Part shown: positions 35,714 to 48,515 of the stretch, piece by piece | How the letters are laid out: each line of letters begins with the position of its first letter | How positions within the stretch are numbered: the stretch's first letter is position 1 | Assembly: GCA_052327205.1 (NCBI GenBank) | Contig: JBMRGM010000043.1 | Location: forward strand, 11,098,001-11,162,000 | Direction of reading: 5' to 3' | Origin: Somniosus microcephalus | Lineage: Eukaryota | Length of the DNA stretch: 64,000 nucleotides | Notes under the pieces: model-generated | The model's input: only the letters and a program-made list of their open reading frames with translations | Database searches by the model: none | Told to the model about the DNA's origin: nothing | Translations under genes and position numbers: made by a program

Positions 35714-36149
35714 TTCTCATGTACCTATCTTGGCCAGCAGGGTTGAGAACTGTGGCTCGTCTGGCTTAGTTCATTAAATAAGCATCGCAGCAGGAAGCAG
35801 CATCAACTGGAAGATGGTTGCACAGACGACGTGCATTTTCTTCAATGGGTTGCAAAATAAATATTTCCAATGGTTAAAATTGCTTTCACGGTTTCAAGAG
35901 CATTAAATAATGTAGTATTTCTCCAGTGGCCTAGGCCTCTCGTGATGCTGTGATGTAATAATGGGGTGAAGAGCTTGTTTTATTTTCTGCTTGAATCGCC
36001 AAGGGTGTCTAGTACTCATACTTCCACAATCCTAAACACAGTTTTCATAATCATTCTTCTCACGCCCTACCACTTGTTTGTTGGTGGTTAGCAACAGTCT
36101 TTCTTTCCCTCCTTCCTTCGTTATTTGTTAGATTATGGCTTGTGCTAAG

Positions 36150-37983
36150 TTTCGGTTCTTTTGCACTGGCAATATCCACAAATTAATAACAAAAGGATCA
36201 TTAATACGGCGCCTTGCACAACTACTAATACGTATGATATGATCCTTATCCAGGGGTGTATAGCAACATTTAGCCCCCAGTTCCAGATCTTATTGTACCA
36301 AGGAGTCTCTGCTAACGTTTTACTAATGTCTTTTTGTTGTTTCTTTACGTCTTCTTCTATTTAATGATAATACTTTAAAATTTCCTTCGTTTCCTGCTCT
36401 AATTTCTTCCAAGCTTTTTCTTCCTCTAACTTAGGAATTGCCTTGGGCTCTGATATGACATAAGTTTCAACCTCTTTATTAAGTCCCATATTATCAAGCG
36501 ACCAGGTTTTCCCTTGCTGTGGTCTTGGTGGGTGTATATATTGGTGCCCTATCTGTGTAGATATCTTTGGATAGAAACAAAAGTTTGGTTGGGGAATGCG
36601 ACAAGTCAGATCTTGATATTCATATTTCTGTTCAGTTGTGGTGACACAAAATGGCCCATTGTTCCTCGTTGCTACCGTTGTCTGGTGTATCCCTCGTGGA
36701 TGTAGCTCAAGGGTGCAATTGGTGGTTTTCGTAAATCCGCACTCGGCTGTGTCTCCTTCGGTGGGGGGGTGTGTACGCACCCATGTCCTTCCATTATGGT
36801 GGCACCCGTCCATTAACACCCCCTTAAGGTTCCATTCTTCTGGTTATTATCTTCATCCCTTTTCCAAATTGCCTTGGTAGGGACATCATGATATTTAACC
36901 AAACTCTCCCTTTGAATCTCTCCTATGTTAATCACGTCGCATAGGGGCTGTCCCTCTTCTGGGAGTTGTGGGATGGCTCGTACAAAGCCAATCACCTTAG
37001 TCCATTGGGTCAGACAATTGCCTACCCTGTATACTTGTCCCATTTTACGCCCTTTGCATAGGCTTTTATTTGTGTCAATCCAAGTTTCCAGATCCTCATT
37101 AGTAATCCAGTCAGGGATTTGTCCATTATTTATTTGCTTCATGTTATGCTGAGCATTCGACCATAGCCATGAGCCATACTTTGCACATATCAATTCCTTA
37201 TGGGTTTTGCGTGATGTATTGCTGATCTGATCAATAAATCTATTAATTGTTTTTTCATAGTAGGCTACTATCCCTTCCACCCGAACAATTTTGTTGTCGT
37301 TTGTTTTCCTTCCAGTGCCTTTGCTGGCTATTTCCGGTGGCTTGTTTTAGTAACTTGTCCATTTTTGCTTCTGGTTCCTCTACTCCTTCGTTTACTCCTT
37401 CTAAGTCAAAACTATTAACTGTTGCTAACCTGGCCACATACCCTGCTCCAGCCATTTCAAATATTCCCCGTTTCTTACGTCTTTGTAAGATAGATTTTCC
37501 CTGTGGACCCCCTGATTGTTTTACCCACAGGGAGTTCCATAATTCTTTTGTATGCTTGTTACATATCACGGGCATCTCAAAAGTACACATATTAATGGCA
37601 AGCTAAATAACTCTATGTGTTACACTAAAATACACCTCATCTTGTGTTTTTCTCATGATTGAACCCCCTCATTCTACTTTTTCCATTGACGGGCAAGGTA
37701 GTGGGGTTGTGGATGATGGCGGGATGTTTTTCACACAGAAAGTGCCATTTAAACATGTGCCCCATTGTCCGGTGCTCATCTTAACCAAACACTCCGGTGG
37801 TAGCCTGTATCCTCGGTCACCATATCTGGTCCTCCTACCACTCTGATTTTATGTACAGATTTCGTTACTTCATACTGTAAATCCTGCTGGACAGCGCCTC
37901 TCTCCCTCTTTATTCCCAACAGACTCAGCGCTTATAATTAGCCATAAAATCCCTATGAGCGCGCAAATGATGTTCCACTTCAT
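36150..37983 (-). pseudogene. Retroviral env-like glycoprotein, disrupted
   Basis: ATG at 37983 with signal peptide MKWNIICALIGILWLIISAES, preceded by an acceptor-like TTACAG; furin site RRKKR|GIFEMAGAGY at 37468-37482; Cys-rich ectodomain; TM IISYVLVVVQGAVLMILLLICGY at ~36172-36243. Confidence 0.8.
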
Positions 37984-38316
37984 CTTTCTACGAGTTTATC
38001 GTTCCTGTAATGATAGGCAAAGGGGCCAGTCATCATAAGCTGGTTAGAATTATTCTATTCTTAATTGCTTTGTCAGTTCGAGATGTTGTACATCTTGTTC
38101 ATTTATTGGTCTGTGGCTCTGTTTCCAGATATACTTGAAGATGCAAACCACGGTGTATAATATTAAAATCACGCACAGCCCTATCATTGATATATGAAGT
38201 TAATCCCCTTCCATTCTTTATACATTCTAGCATATTCCTCACTCTCCTCAAAAGGCACCATCTCTGGCTTAATCATTGTCCTTGTTATATACCTGTAACT
38301 GAGTCCAGTGCTTCCA

Positions 38317-40118
38317 GTATGTCACTTGCAGTCAGAATCAGGGGAATTTATAATGGGGAACAAAGAAATGGTAGACAAATTAAAAACATATTTTGGTTCT
38401 GTCTTCACAAAGAAGGACAAAAATAACATCCCAGAGATGTCGGGAACATAGGGTCTGATGAAAGGGAGGAACTGAAAGAAATCAGTATTTGTAGGGAAAT
38501 GGCGTAAGGGAAATTGACGGGATTGAATGCCGATAAATCCCAGGGCCTGATAACCTACTTCCTAGGGTACTTAAGGAAGTGGCCCTAGAAATAGTCGATG
38601 CATTGCTGATCATCTTCCAACATTCGATAGCTTCTGGAACAGAAGACATGGATTGGAGGGTAGCTAATTTTACAATTATTCAATTATTCAAAAAAGTGGT
38701 AGGGAGAAAACGGGGAATTACAGACTGGTAAGCCTGACATCGATAGTGGGGAAAATGCTAGAGTCCATTATAAAAGATGTAACAGAAGAGCACGTGGAAA
38801 ACAGTGACAGGATCGGACAAAGTCAACATGGATTTACAAAAGGATAATCGAGCTTGACTAATCTATTGGAATTTTTTGAGGATGCAACTGGTAAAACAAA
38901 TAAGCGAGAACCAGCGGATGTTGTGTATTTGGACATTCGGAAGGCTTTGGATAAGGTCCCGCATAAGAGATTAGCGTGTAAAGATAAGGCACATGGGATT
39001 GGGGGCAAGGTATTGACTTGGATAGAGAACTGGTTGGCAGACAGAAAGCAAAGAGTTGGAATAAACGGGTCTTTTTCTGAGTGGCAGGCAGTGACTAGTG
39101 GGGTACTGCAGGGATCGGTCCGTGGACCCCAGCTATTCACAATATATATTAATGATCTATACAAGGGCACTAGATGTAATATCTCGAAGTTTGCAGATGA
39201 CACAAAGCTGGTTGGGCGTTTGTGCTGTGAGGAGGATGCAGAGAAGCTCCAGGATGATTTGGACAGGGTCGGTGATTGGGCAGAATCATGGCAGATGCAA
39301 TATAACGTGGATAAATGTGAGGTTATCCACTTTGGGTTGCAAAAACAGGAAGGCAGATTATTATCTGAATGGCAATAGATTGGGAGAAGGGGAAGTGCAA
39401 CGAGACCAAGGTGTCCTTGTGCACTAATCGCTGAAGGTAAGCATGCAGGTGCAGCAGGTGGTTAAGGAGGCAAATGGTATGTTGGCCTGTGTAGCGAGAG
39501 GTTTTGAGAAGAGTAACAAGGATGTCTTGCTGCAGTTGTACAGGGCCTTGGTGAGACCACATCTTGAGTATTGTGTGCAGTTTTGGTCGCCTTATCTGAG
39601 GAAGGATGTTCTTGCCATGGAAGGGGTTCAGCAAAGATTCACCAGACTGGTACCTCGGATGGCAGGAATGACGTATGAGGAGAGATTTGGTCGATTGGGC
39701 TTATACTCGCTGGAGTTTAGAAGAATGAGAGGCGATCTCATTGAAAGTTATAAAATTCGAACAGGACTAGACAAACTAGATGCTGGAAGGATGTTCCCGA
39801 TGGTCGGGGAGTTCAGAACCAGGGGTCACGGTGTAACGATAAGGAGTAAGCCATTTATGACAGAAATGAGGAGGAATTTCTTCACCCAGAGAGTGATGAA
39901 CCTGTGGAATTCGCTACCACAGAAGGCAGTAGAGGCCAATTCATTAAATATATTCAAGAAAGAATTAGATATATTTCTTAAGGCTAAAGGGATCAAGGGT
40001 TATGGGGAGAAAGCAGGGATTTGGATGATCAGCCATGATCGCATTGAATGGTGGAGCAGGCTCGAGGGGCCGAATGGCCTACTCCTGCTTCTATCTTCTA
40101 TGTTTCTATGTTTCTAAG
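38317..40118 (+). mobile_element. 5'-truncated CR1 LINE inserted in the ERV integrase C-terminus
   Basis: RT motifs QGSVRGPQLFTIYINDL, KFADDTKL; (TTTCTATG)n tail; integrase reads ...GKGRWK on one side and WKHWTQL on the other. Confidence 0.95.
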
Positions 40119-41910
40119 TTTCCACCTTCCTTTACCTGTTCCAGACTCGTATATACAAGCGCATGTGTCACTGTTCATCAATACCTCGTAGGGTCCTGAC
40201 CATCTAGGTGCTAACCCTGGTTTGTCAGGGATTAGTTTTGCCATTACCTTGCTACCTATTACTGGAACCTCCTTCTGGTCGTCCCGTGTATGCTGTTCTA
40301 GATCTCATATAATCTGTTGGTCTCTGGCCACATTTCTGCGAGCGTGTAATTGCGTACACAATTTTTTATTAAATCTCCTAGTTCTATCCTTCAGGGGCCC
40401 TGCATCCTCACACCCGGTAGTGTCTCCTTCCGGCAGTGTCATTGTTCGTCCAGTCATTAGTTCAAAAGTTGTCAGCCCCGTAGTTCTATTCGGGGTTGCC
40501 CTAAGCCTCACCAGTATACTCGGGAGTAACTCCGCCCATCCCTTTCCTGTGTCTTCTATTGCTTTATCTAAGGATAATTTGAAAGTTCGATTCATCCTTT
40601 CCACCATCCTTGAACTCTGAGGGTGGTATGGTGTGTGGAACCTTTGTCTGATACCTAATAATGCGCATGTTTCCTTTATAACCTTCCCTGTAAAGTGTGT
40701 TCCCTGGTCTGAATCAATCTGCAGCGGGACCCGCCATCGTGGTACTACCTGCTCTGCCATTATTCGTGCTACTGTTGTTTCTGTACAATCTCTAGTGGCG
40801 AATGATTCAACCCATCTACTAAATTGATCTATTATTACCAAGCAGTATATTTTTCCCTTGATTTTGGTAGAGGTCCAGTAAAGTCCATCTGCAACTTCTC
40901 CCATGGGCCTCCTGGTCTTGGCTGATGTGCACACTTTACATTGACAGGTTACCCTATGTTATGCTGTGCACATATGCGGCAGTGTCTGAAGAATCTGTCC
41001 ACAGCTTGTTTCATCGCTGGAGGTTGTTTAACATATTGGATATATCTGTGTGTTGTCTAGCATGGTACATTTTCATCCATTCTTGTTGTATACAGCTTGG
41101 TGTACATATTTGCTGCTCTTTCCTCCATATTCCCCCCGCCCTTTCTCTTGCACCCCTTCGTTCCCACAGCTGCTTCTCCTCCTAGGAGACTTCCTTATGT
41201 AATTATGTCTCTATCCTCTGGTAATGCAATAATAGCGGCTATGTCTATTTGCATTTCTGGTTCTGTTTCACTCTTGTTTACCGCTGCAATCTGTTGCTGT
41301 ACCACATTTCTGGCTGCAGGATCGGCGGCTCTGTTTCCCTTCTCTGTGGGGGAATTCCCCCGCTGGTGGTATTTTACCTTCACTACCGCCGTTTCCGTGG
41401 TTAGCCCCGAGGTGGCTACCAATCTCTTTACTAAGCCCTCATGCAGTAAGTGTTTGCCCCCCAGGCGATGTACCCCATCTACTCCAGGCAGCCATGTAAG
41501 CATGTACTATGCCATTAACATAGCGACTATTGGTATAGATATTCACCCGTTTTCCTGCTGCTAATTTTAATGCCTCTGTCAATGCCGTTAACTCGGCACC
41601 TTGTGCTGAACTATCCCCTGGTAGTCTTCCTTCCCTCTGGATGGTGCCGTTTCCCATCACCACAGCCCAACATGTTTGTGGTGTTCCGTTAACATATTTA
41701 GGAGACCCATCCACATATAGCTGTAAGTCCGTTTCCGTCAAAGATAATTCCTTGATCCTGTCTGCATATTCTAGTTCCTCTTCACAGCTGCAACAGTGTT
41801 CCTCTCCTTCCATTCCTATCATAGATGTGGGGTTCTGGCTCATGTCTAACTATCTGTATAGATTTATCTTTGGCTAACAGGACAGCCTCCCAAGCAACCT
41901 TCCTGCCGTT
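40119..41910 (-). pseudogene. ERV pol: connection, RNase H and integrase, frameshifted
   Basis: LYVDGS, SAQGAELTALTEAL, VNIYTNSRY, GNRAAD; IIDQFSRWVE, IDSDQGTHF, HPQSSRMVERMNRT. Confidence 0.92.
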
Positions 41911-42399
41911 TGAGGTGTTGCAGCAATAAGTTTACAAGATAACTTCCATATAACAAAAGAAAGAAGATAATCCATTGTGACTCTTCTTAGAGCCTAAGGG
42001 GTTAATTTATCAGATCATAATTTTCCTTCTGTCACTGGGGCAATACCAGCTTAAAAATAAGAAACTTAAATTTAATAATGTCCAATATCTTTAAAGTTCA
42101 TACTAAAGTTGTTGCTTGGTGAACTTAAACAGCTGTCTGTGGAAAGGGGTAACTCCTTTGCAGATTTTTAAGAAGCTGGAATGAAACATTTTCAGCTGCA
42201 CGCAATTGCGTCACTTCACATAAATTAAAGAAAACTTTCCTGATCGAAATAGACAGTTGTGTTTTCACACTTTAACTAAACACGAACACTTGGGCTTCAT
42301 TGGTCAGATTCCCTTTCTCAGCTGCCCGCTTGACTGCCCTGGCTGCCCATGCATTGCCCTGTTGGTGTTGGTCAGTAATCTTCTTGTGTGTTTTAATTT

Positions 42400-42510
42400 A
42401 TTATACTTTGTATCCCAGGTAGGTTACTCCATCCTTCCCTACCTGTATCTTTCCAGAGTTTACCTTTAGTCCCACATTCTGTAGGGTTTCCAGTACCGTA
42501 GTCAATTAAG
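42400..42510 (-). pseudogene. ERV reverse transcriptase C-terminal fragment
   Basis: My translation: LTTVLETLQNVGLKVNSGKIQVGKDGVTYLGYKV, matching the post-YxDD region of retroviral RT. Confidence 0.65.
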
Positions 42511-43802
42511 TATTGTAGCGGGACCTGTCAATATCGGATGTTCTTGCAAACTGGAGTTATCTTATTCAATTCGGACTACATCAATTTATACCAATTAGAA
42601 TTTCACCCTGGCCACAATGAAAGTCTGGTATTAATAGTTTAATTATCCTCATAACTCCAATTTGATCCAGATCTATTTTATTTTACCAATCAGTATCACT
42701 TGGAAAAGAAAGAAAGAAACCATTTTTAACAAAGAAGCAATGCATTGTAAATATTCAAATTCATTTTCTTCCAGGCACATTGACAACTGTAAATTCAAGG
42801 CTGAAGCTTATCTTTTCTCAAACAGTGAACAGATAAAACAAAACAAAATAGCACATTCTTGCAGAAAACAGTAAATTACGTCATATTTCTTATTGTCCTT
42901 TCTTCAGATGTCTTTCCAAAATACTGTAAAAAAAACATTGAATATAACTGGAGAAAAATTAGTTTTTCACATTTAAGCAAATCAAACTGCTTTAGAAGTT
43001 TTCACCATAGCAACCGCAACTCCAAGGTTAAATCTTCGACTGAAATTTAATCTTTTCTTAATCAAACTTTTTTTGTTCTTCTCAGTTTTTTACACACCAG
43101 CTTAACTTAAATTGTAGTAGTTTTTTTCAATTCTGGGGGCACAATCTTATTCACGCAGTCTTAAAACTTCCAAAATCCAAAACAAGACAAAAGTTTTAAA
43201 CGGTTTTAATAGAGAAGTGGGTGGAGCTAAAACACTCATAACAGAATCTTTCATTTAAAGACAGACTTTCAGACAATGAAATACAGTAACTTCTAAAAAA
43301 TTCAGTCAGGAAAAATGTCACACTTTAACACACACTTGAATACAAACTGAAATTCCAGCATTTGTTTAAGGTTCCTTTCACTCAGCAATCTTGGGTTTTA
43401 TTTGTCTCGGCACAGACGTTAGTAACTTCCATGTCGGTAAAAATTTAAGTCGCTCTTTTTTTTCCCTCTTTTTAAATCAGTGACTCAGCAGCTTTGCCTG
43501 TCTTTCCAAATCCGTGTTTTTTCCCTTTCCTTTGCTGCGTGGAAGACGTGCATTTTCTTCAATGGGTTGCAAAATAAAATATTTTCGACGGTTAAAATTG
43601 CTTTGACGGTATCAAGAGCGTTAATTAACGTAGTATTCTCCTTTGGCTTAGGCCTCACGTAATGTCAAAATGGGGTGAAGTGCTTGTTATACTTTCTGCT
43701 TGAAACTTTGTTTGATTGTAGCTTTGAATCTCCGCAGAGAAACCGAAAGGCAGCAGTTCAAATTAAGTAAAAACCGATCATTATGGACGACATCTTTGGT
43801 GC

Positions 43803-43884
43803 CGTAGTCGGCAGAATTCGAACCTGCGCGGGGAAACCCCAATGGACGACTAGCCCATCGCCTTAACCACTCCACCACGACTAC
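43803..43884 (-). pseudogene. tRNA-Ser-derived pseudogene with an AGT anticodon
   Basis: Anticodon arm ATGGG-CTAGTCG-TCCAT; D stem GGTGGAG; C61U. Confidence 0.8.
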
Positions 43885-44012
43885 CCTGACGGTAGTTTGC
43901 AGCCACGCAGCTTCTCATTTGCTTCGAAATCGGTGCCACTGCTGTGAAAACTCTGGCACATAATCACATGGGTTCATGTGGAATAATTCCTATTGCAAAC
44001 AGTTTCGTGTCT

Positions 44013-44086
44013 GTCTCTGTGACGCCATGGGCCAGCGCGTTCGGCTGTTAACTGAAAAGTTGGTGGTTCGAGTCCACCCAGAGACG
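44013..44086 (+). pseudogene. tRNA-Asn(GTT) degenerate copy
   Basis: GTGACGCCATGG D arm (G10A, A14C); GAGTCC in the T arm. Confidence 0.75.
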
Positions 44087-44987
44087 TGCGTAACATTTAA
44101 TTTTTGCAAACTCATCTATTGTTTAAAAATGGAGTCTTTGATTCCGTGAAATGAACAGTGGTGAGCATACTGCTGCTGCCTTCCTGCTTCCAATGGGAAC
44201 AATCGCTTCATCGATCAATCCTCTGCCAGGCAGCATGGGTATTCTACATCCCTTATACCAATACTCCAAGTGCAGCGTTCTTGCATTAAAATCCAGCAGG
44301 AAAATCGGCCACAGTGGATAATCCATTCTGAAAACCCTTTTCTACACTTTCCTCAGGTTTACACATACATGGATTAGAATGGAAAGCTTGCAACTATTAC
44401 AATTGCCAGAGAACTTCAGCTTCCTTGCATCGCTCTGCACCCTGATCACATGACAACAACCAACCAATCACATAGAGCGGCGCGAGAACACCCCCATTGA
44501 ATGTGTCCAATCAGGGCCTGAGGAATGAACTGCTCTGTCACATGCAGTTCCAGTACGTTGGAGGACTCAGCTGTGAGTGGATGACTTGTTGCTGTCACGA
44601 GCGCCGCGGCCGAGGAGCGAGCAGCCCCTGCAATCTCTTGTTTTCAGCCAAATGCTAGAGGTATGAATTTCTAATGACAAAATCTTTGACGCCATCTGAT
44701 TTGGTTGCTGTATTTGAATGCGGTTTAGTGCCTTGCACGGGCCTTGTGATTTTCTTTTTGCGTACGGTTTGCAGTGTGTGATCGCTTAACATTTTGCGAC
44801 TGAAATTAAATGCAATATTTGATTCAAATTGTTGCTTCATATGGCGTTCGGTCAAATTGAGGAAATTCGACACTACGAACGGGATTCAAATCGCCTTTTC
44901 TCTCGTCATAGAGTCATAGAGTTTTACAGCACAGAAAGAGGCCCTTCGGCCCATCGTGTCTGCGCCTTCCATCAATCCCTGTCCAGT

Positions 44988-47810
44988 CTAATCCCATTTT
45001 CCAGCATTTGGTCCATAGCCTTGTATGCAATGGCATTTCAAGTGCTCATCCAAATGCTTCTTGAATGTTGTGAGGGTTCCTGCCTCCACCGCCCTTTCAG
45101 GCAGAGAGTTCCAGATTCCACCCACCCTCTGGGTGAAAAAGTTCCTTCTCAAATCCCCTCTAAATCTCCTGCCCCTTACCTTGAATCTATGCCCCCTTGT
45201 TATTGACCCCCCTACTAAGGGGAAAAGTTCCTCTTTATCTACCCTATCTATGCCCCTCATCATTTTGTACACCTCAATCAGGTCCCCCCTCAGCCTTCTT
45301 TGCTCCAATGAAAACAACCCCAGCCTGTTTAGTCTTTCTTCATAGCTGAGGCACTCCATCCCAGGTAACATCCTGGTGAATCTTCTCTGCACCCTCTCTA
45401 AAGCAATCACATCCTTCCTATAGTGAGGCGACCAGAACTGCACACAATACTCCAGCTGTGGCCTCACCAGCGTTTTGTACAGCTCCATCATAACCTCCCT
45501 GCTCTTATATTCTATGCCTCGGCTAATGAAGGCAAGTATCCCATATGCCTTTTTAACCACCTTATCTACCTGTTCCGCTGCCTTCAGGGATCTATGTACA
45601 TGCACACCAAGGCCCCTCTAACCCTCTGCACTTCCTAGGGTCCTACCACTCATTGTGTACTCCCTTGCCTTATTTGTCCGTCCAAAATGCATCACCTCGC
45701 ACTTTTCAGGGTTAAATTCCATTTGCCACTTTTACGCCCATCTGACCAACTCGTTTATATCTTCCTGTAGCCTGAGGCTTTCCTCCTCACAATTTACCAC
45801 CCCACCAATTTTCGTGTCATCTGCGAACTTACTGATCATACCTTTTACATTCTCATCCAAATCATTTATGTAGATCACAAACATCAAGGGACCCAGCACC
45901 GATCCCTGAGGTACCCCACTAGACACAGGCTTCCATTCACAAAAGCAACCTTCGACCATCACCCTCTGCCTCCTGCCACTCAGCCAGTTTAGGATCCAAC
46001 GCGCCAAGGCACCCTGGATTCCATGGGCTCTTACCTTCTTGACCAGTCTCCTATGCGGGACTTTGTCAAAAGCTTTACTGAAGTCCATGTAAATCACATC
46101 CACAGCATTTCCCTCATCCACACACCTAGTCAACCCCTCGAAAAATTCAATCAGATTGGTCAGACATGATTTACCCTTGACAAAGCCATGCTGACTATCC
46201 CCGATTAATCCTTGCCTCTCCAAGTGGAGACTAATTTTGTCCCTCAGAATTTTTTCCAATAATTTCCCTACCACAGATGTTAGGCTCACTGTCCTGTAAT
46301 TCCCTGGTTTATCCCTGCTACCCTTCTTGACTAATGGAACTACGTTAGCTGTTCTCCAGTCCTCTGGTACATCCCCTGTGGCCAGAGAGGTTCTGAAAAT
46401 TTGTGTCAGAGCCCCTGCAATCTCCTCCCTTGCCTCACACAACAGCCTGGGATACATCTCGTCTGGGCCTGGGGATCTATCCACTTTTTGGCCTGCTAAA
46501 ACCGTTAGTACCTCCTCCCTCTCGATGCTAATATGTTCAAGTAGGTCACAGTCCCCTTGCCCGATTTCTATGTCTACATCATCTTTCTCCATAGTGAACA
46601 CAGATGCAAAAAAATCATTTAAAACCCCGCCTACATCATCTGGCTCTACACACAGATTGCCACTTCAGTCCCTAATGGGCCCTACCCTTTCCCTGGTTAT
46701 CCTCTTGCCCTTAATATACTTATAAAACATCTTAGGATTTTCCTTTATTTTGCTCGCCAGTGTTATTTCATGGCCCCTCCTCGCCCTTCTAATTTCTTTT
46801 TTAAGTATGCCCCTGCACTTTTTATACTCCTCTAGGGCTTCCTCCGTCTTTAGTCTTTTGTAACTGCGAAAAGCCCCCCTTTTTTTCCTAATGCATTTTT
46901 GTATATCCCTTGTCATCCAAGGTGCCCTTTGCTTGTTGGTCCCACCCTTGACCTTTACAGGTACATGTTGGCGTGTACTCTCTCTATTTCCCCTCTGAAA
47001 GCCTCCCACTGCTTTGATGTGGATTTTCCTATAAGTAGCTGCTCCCAGTCCACTTTGGCCAGATCCTGCCTTATCATATTAAAATCGGCCATCCCCCAAT
47101 TTAGAACCCTTATTTCCGGGACGTCAGTTTCTTTTTCCATGACCAGCTTAAATCTCACCTAATTATGGTCACTGTCGCCAACATGCTCTCCTACTGACAC
47201 TTCCACCACTTGCCCGGCTACATTCCCTAGAATTAGGTCCAGTACCGCCTCCTCTCTTGTAGGACTTTCTACAAGTTGGCTCAAAAAGCTCACCTGGATG
47301 CACTTTAAGAATTCTGCACCCTCTAAGCCTTTCACACTCTGACTATCCCAATTAATATTGGGGAAGTTGAAATCCCCCAATATTATTACCCTATTATTTT
47401 CGCACTTCTCTGAGAATTGCCTACATATCTGTTCCTCTATCTCCCCCTGACTGTTTGGGGGCCTATAGTACACTCCCAGCAAGGTGCTTGCCCCCTTTTT
47501 GTTTTTAAGTTCTACCCATATGTCCTCATTAGAGGAACCCGCTAATATATCATTCCCCCTTACAGCCGTAAACGACTCCTTAATTAATATTGCAACACCC
47601 CCTCCCCTTCTACACCCCCCTCTGTCTCTCCTGAAGATTCTATACCCCGGAATATTGAGCTGCCAGTCCTGACCCTCCCTCAATCATGTCTCCGTGATAG
47701 CAACAATATCGTACTCCCATGTGTTCAACAACAACTTCAGTTCATCCACCTTATTTGCAAGACTCCTTGCATTAAAATAAATGCCTTCCAGCCTTGCCAT
47801 ATTCCCTTTT
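44988..47810 (-). pseudogene. CR1 ORF2 endonuclease-reverse transcriptase with stops and frameshifts
   Basis: YFNARSL, ITET, YRPP, GDFNFP, DHN; QHGF, DFSKAFD, GVPQGSVLGP, FADDTK. Confidence 0.93.
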
Positions 47811-47954
47811 GCCCTCACATATTCTCTCTGCCTTCCCAGCTGACTTGTTTTTTCCTCTGTATTTGGCTGCAAATCACCCCCTACTATAGCTCCACTCTGT
47901 ATCCCATCCCCCTGCCAAGTTAGTTTAAACCCCCCCCAGCAGTGCCAGCAAACC

Positions 47955-48515
47955 TCACCTCTGGTTCAGGTGTAGACCGTCCGACATGTACAAGTCCCAC
48001 CTTCCCCAGAAGCAGGCCCAGTGATCCAGGAAACTAAAGCCCTCCCCGCTGCACCATCCCTTTAGCCACGCATTCATCTGTTCTATCTTCCTATTCCTGT
48101 ACTCACTAGCACGTGGCACCGGGAGTAATTCAGAGATTACAACCTTTGAGGTCCTGCTCTTTAATCTTCCACCTAGCTCCCTAAATTCTTGCTGCAGGAC
48201 CTCATCCCTCTTTTTACCTACTTCGTTGGTACCAATGTGGACCACGACCACTGCCTGTTCACCCTCCCCCTCCAGAATGCCCTGCAGCCGCTCAGTGACA
48301 TCCTTGACCCTGGCACCAGGGAGGCAACAAACCATCCTGGATTCACGTCTACGGCCACAGAAACGCCTATCTGTTCCCCTTACTATAGAATCCCCTACCA
48401 CTATTGCTCTCCCACTCTTTTTCCTCCCTTCCTGGGCAGCAGGAGCACCACCAGTGCCAGGAAGTTGGCTGCTGCTGCCTTCCCCTCGTGAGTCATCCCC
48501 CTCAACAGTATCCAA
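47955..48515 (-). pseudogene. CR1 ORF1 SGNH/esterase domain
   Basis: VGDSIVRG, HIGTNE, DGLHLN blocks. Confidence 0.88.

Larger units (their letters stand above)
35996..43532 (-). mobile_element. Deleted endogenous retrovirus (RT fragment, RNase H, integrase, env); no LTR pair; split by a CR1
   Basis: Retroviral RH/IN motifs and an env-like frame on the - strand; bounded on both sides by array-unit sequence; the upstream part (42.5-43.5 kb) is assigned by position only. Confidence 0.8.

Noticed and set aside
41920-43530. ERV gag or 5' LTR
   Set aside because: AT-rich with no long frame, no CCHC or major homology region, and no PBS or LTR partner that I could identify; only a short RT fragment is supported
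47955-48515. Host GDSL/SGNH esterase gene
   Set aside because: It lies directly upstream of CR1 ORF2 within the inserted element; this is the known CR1 ORF1 esterase domain
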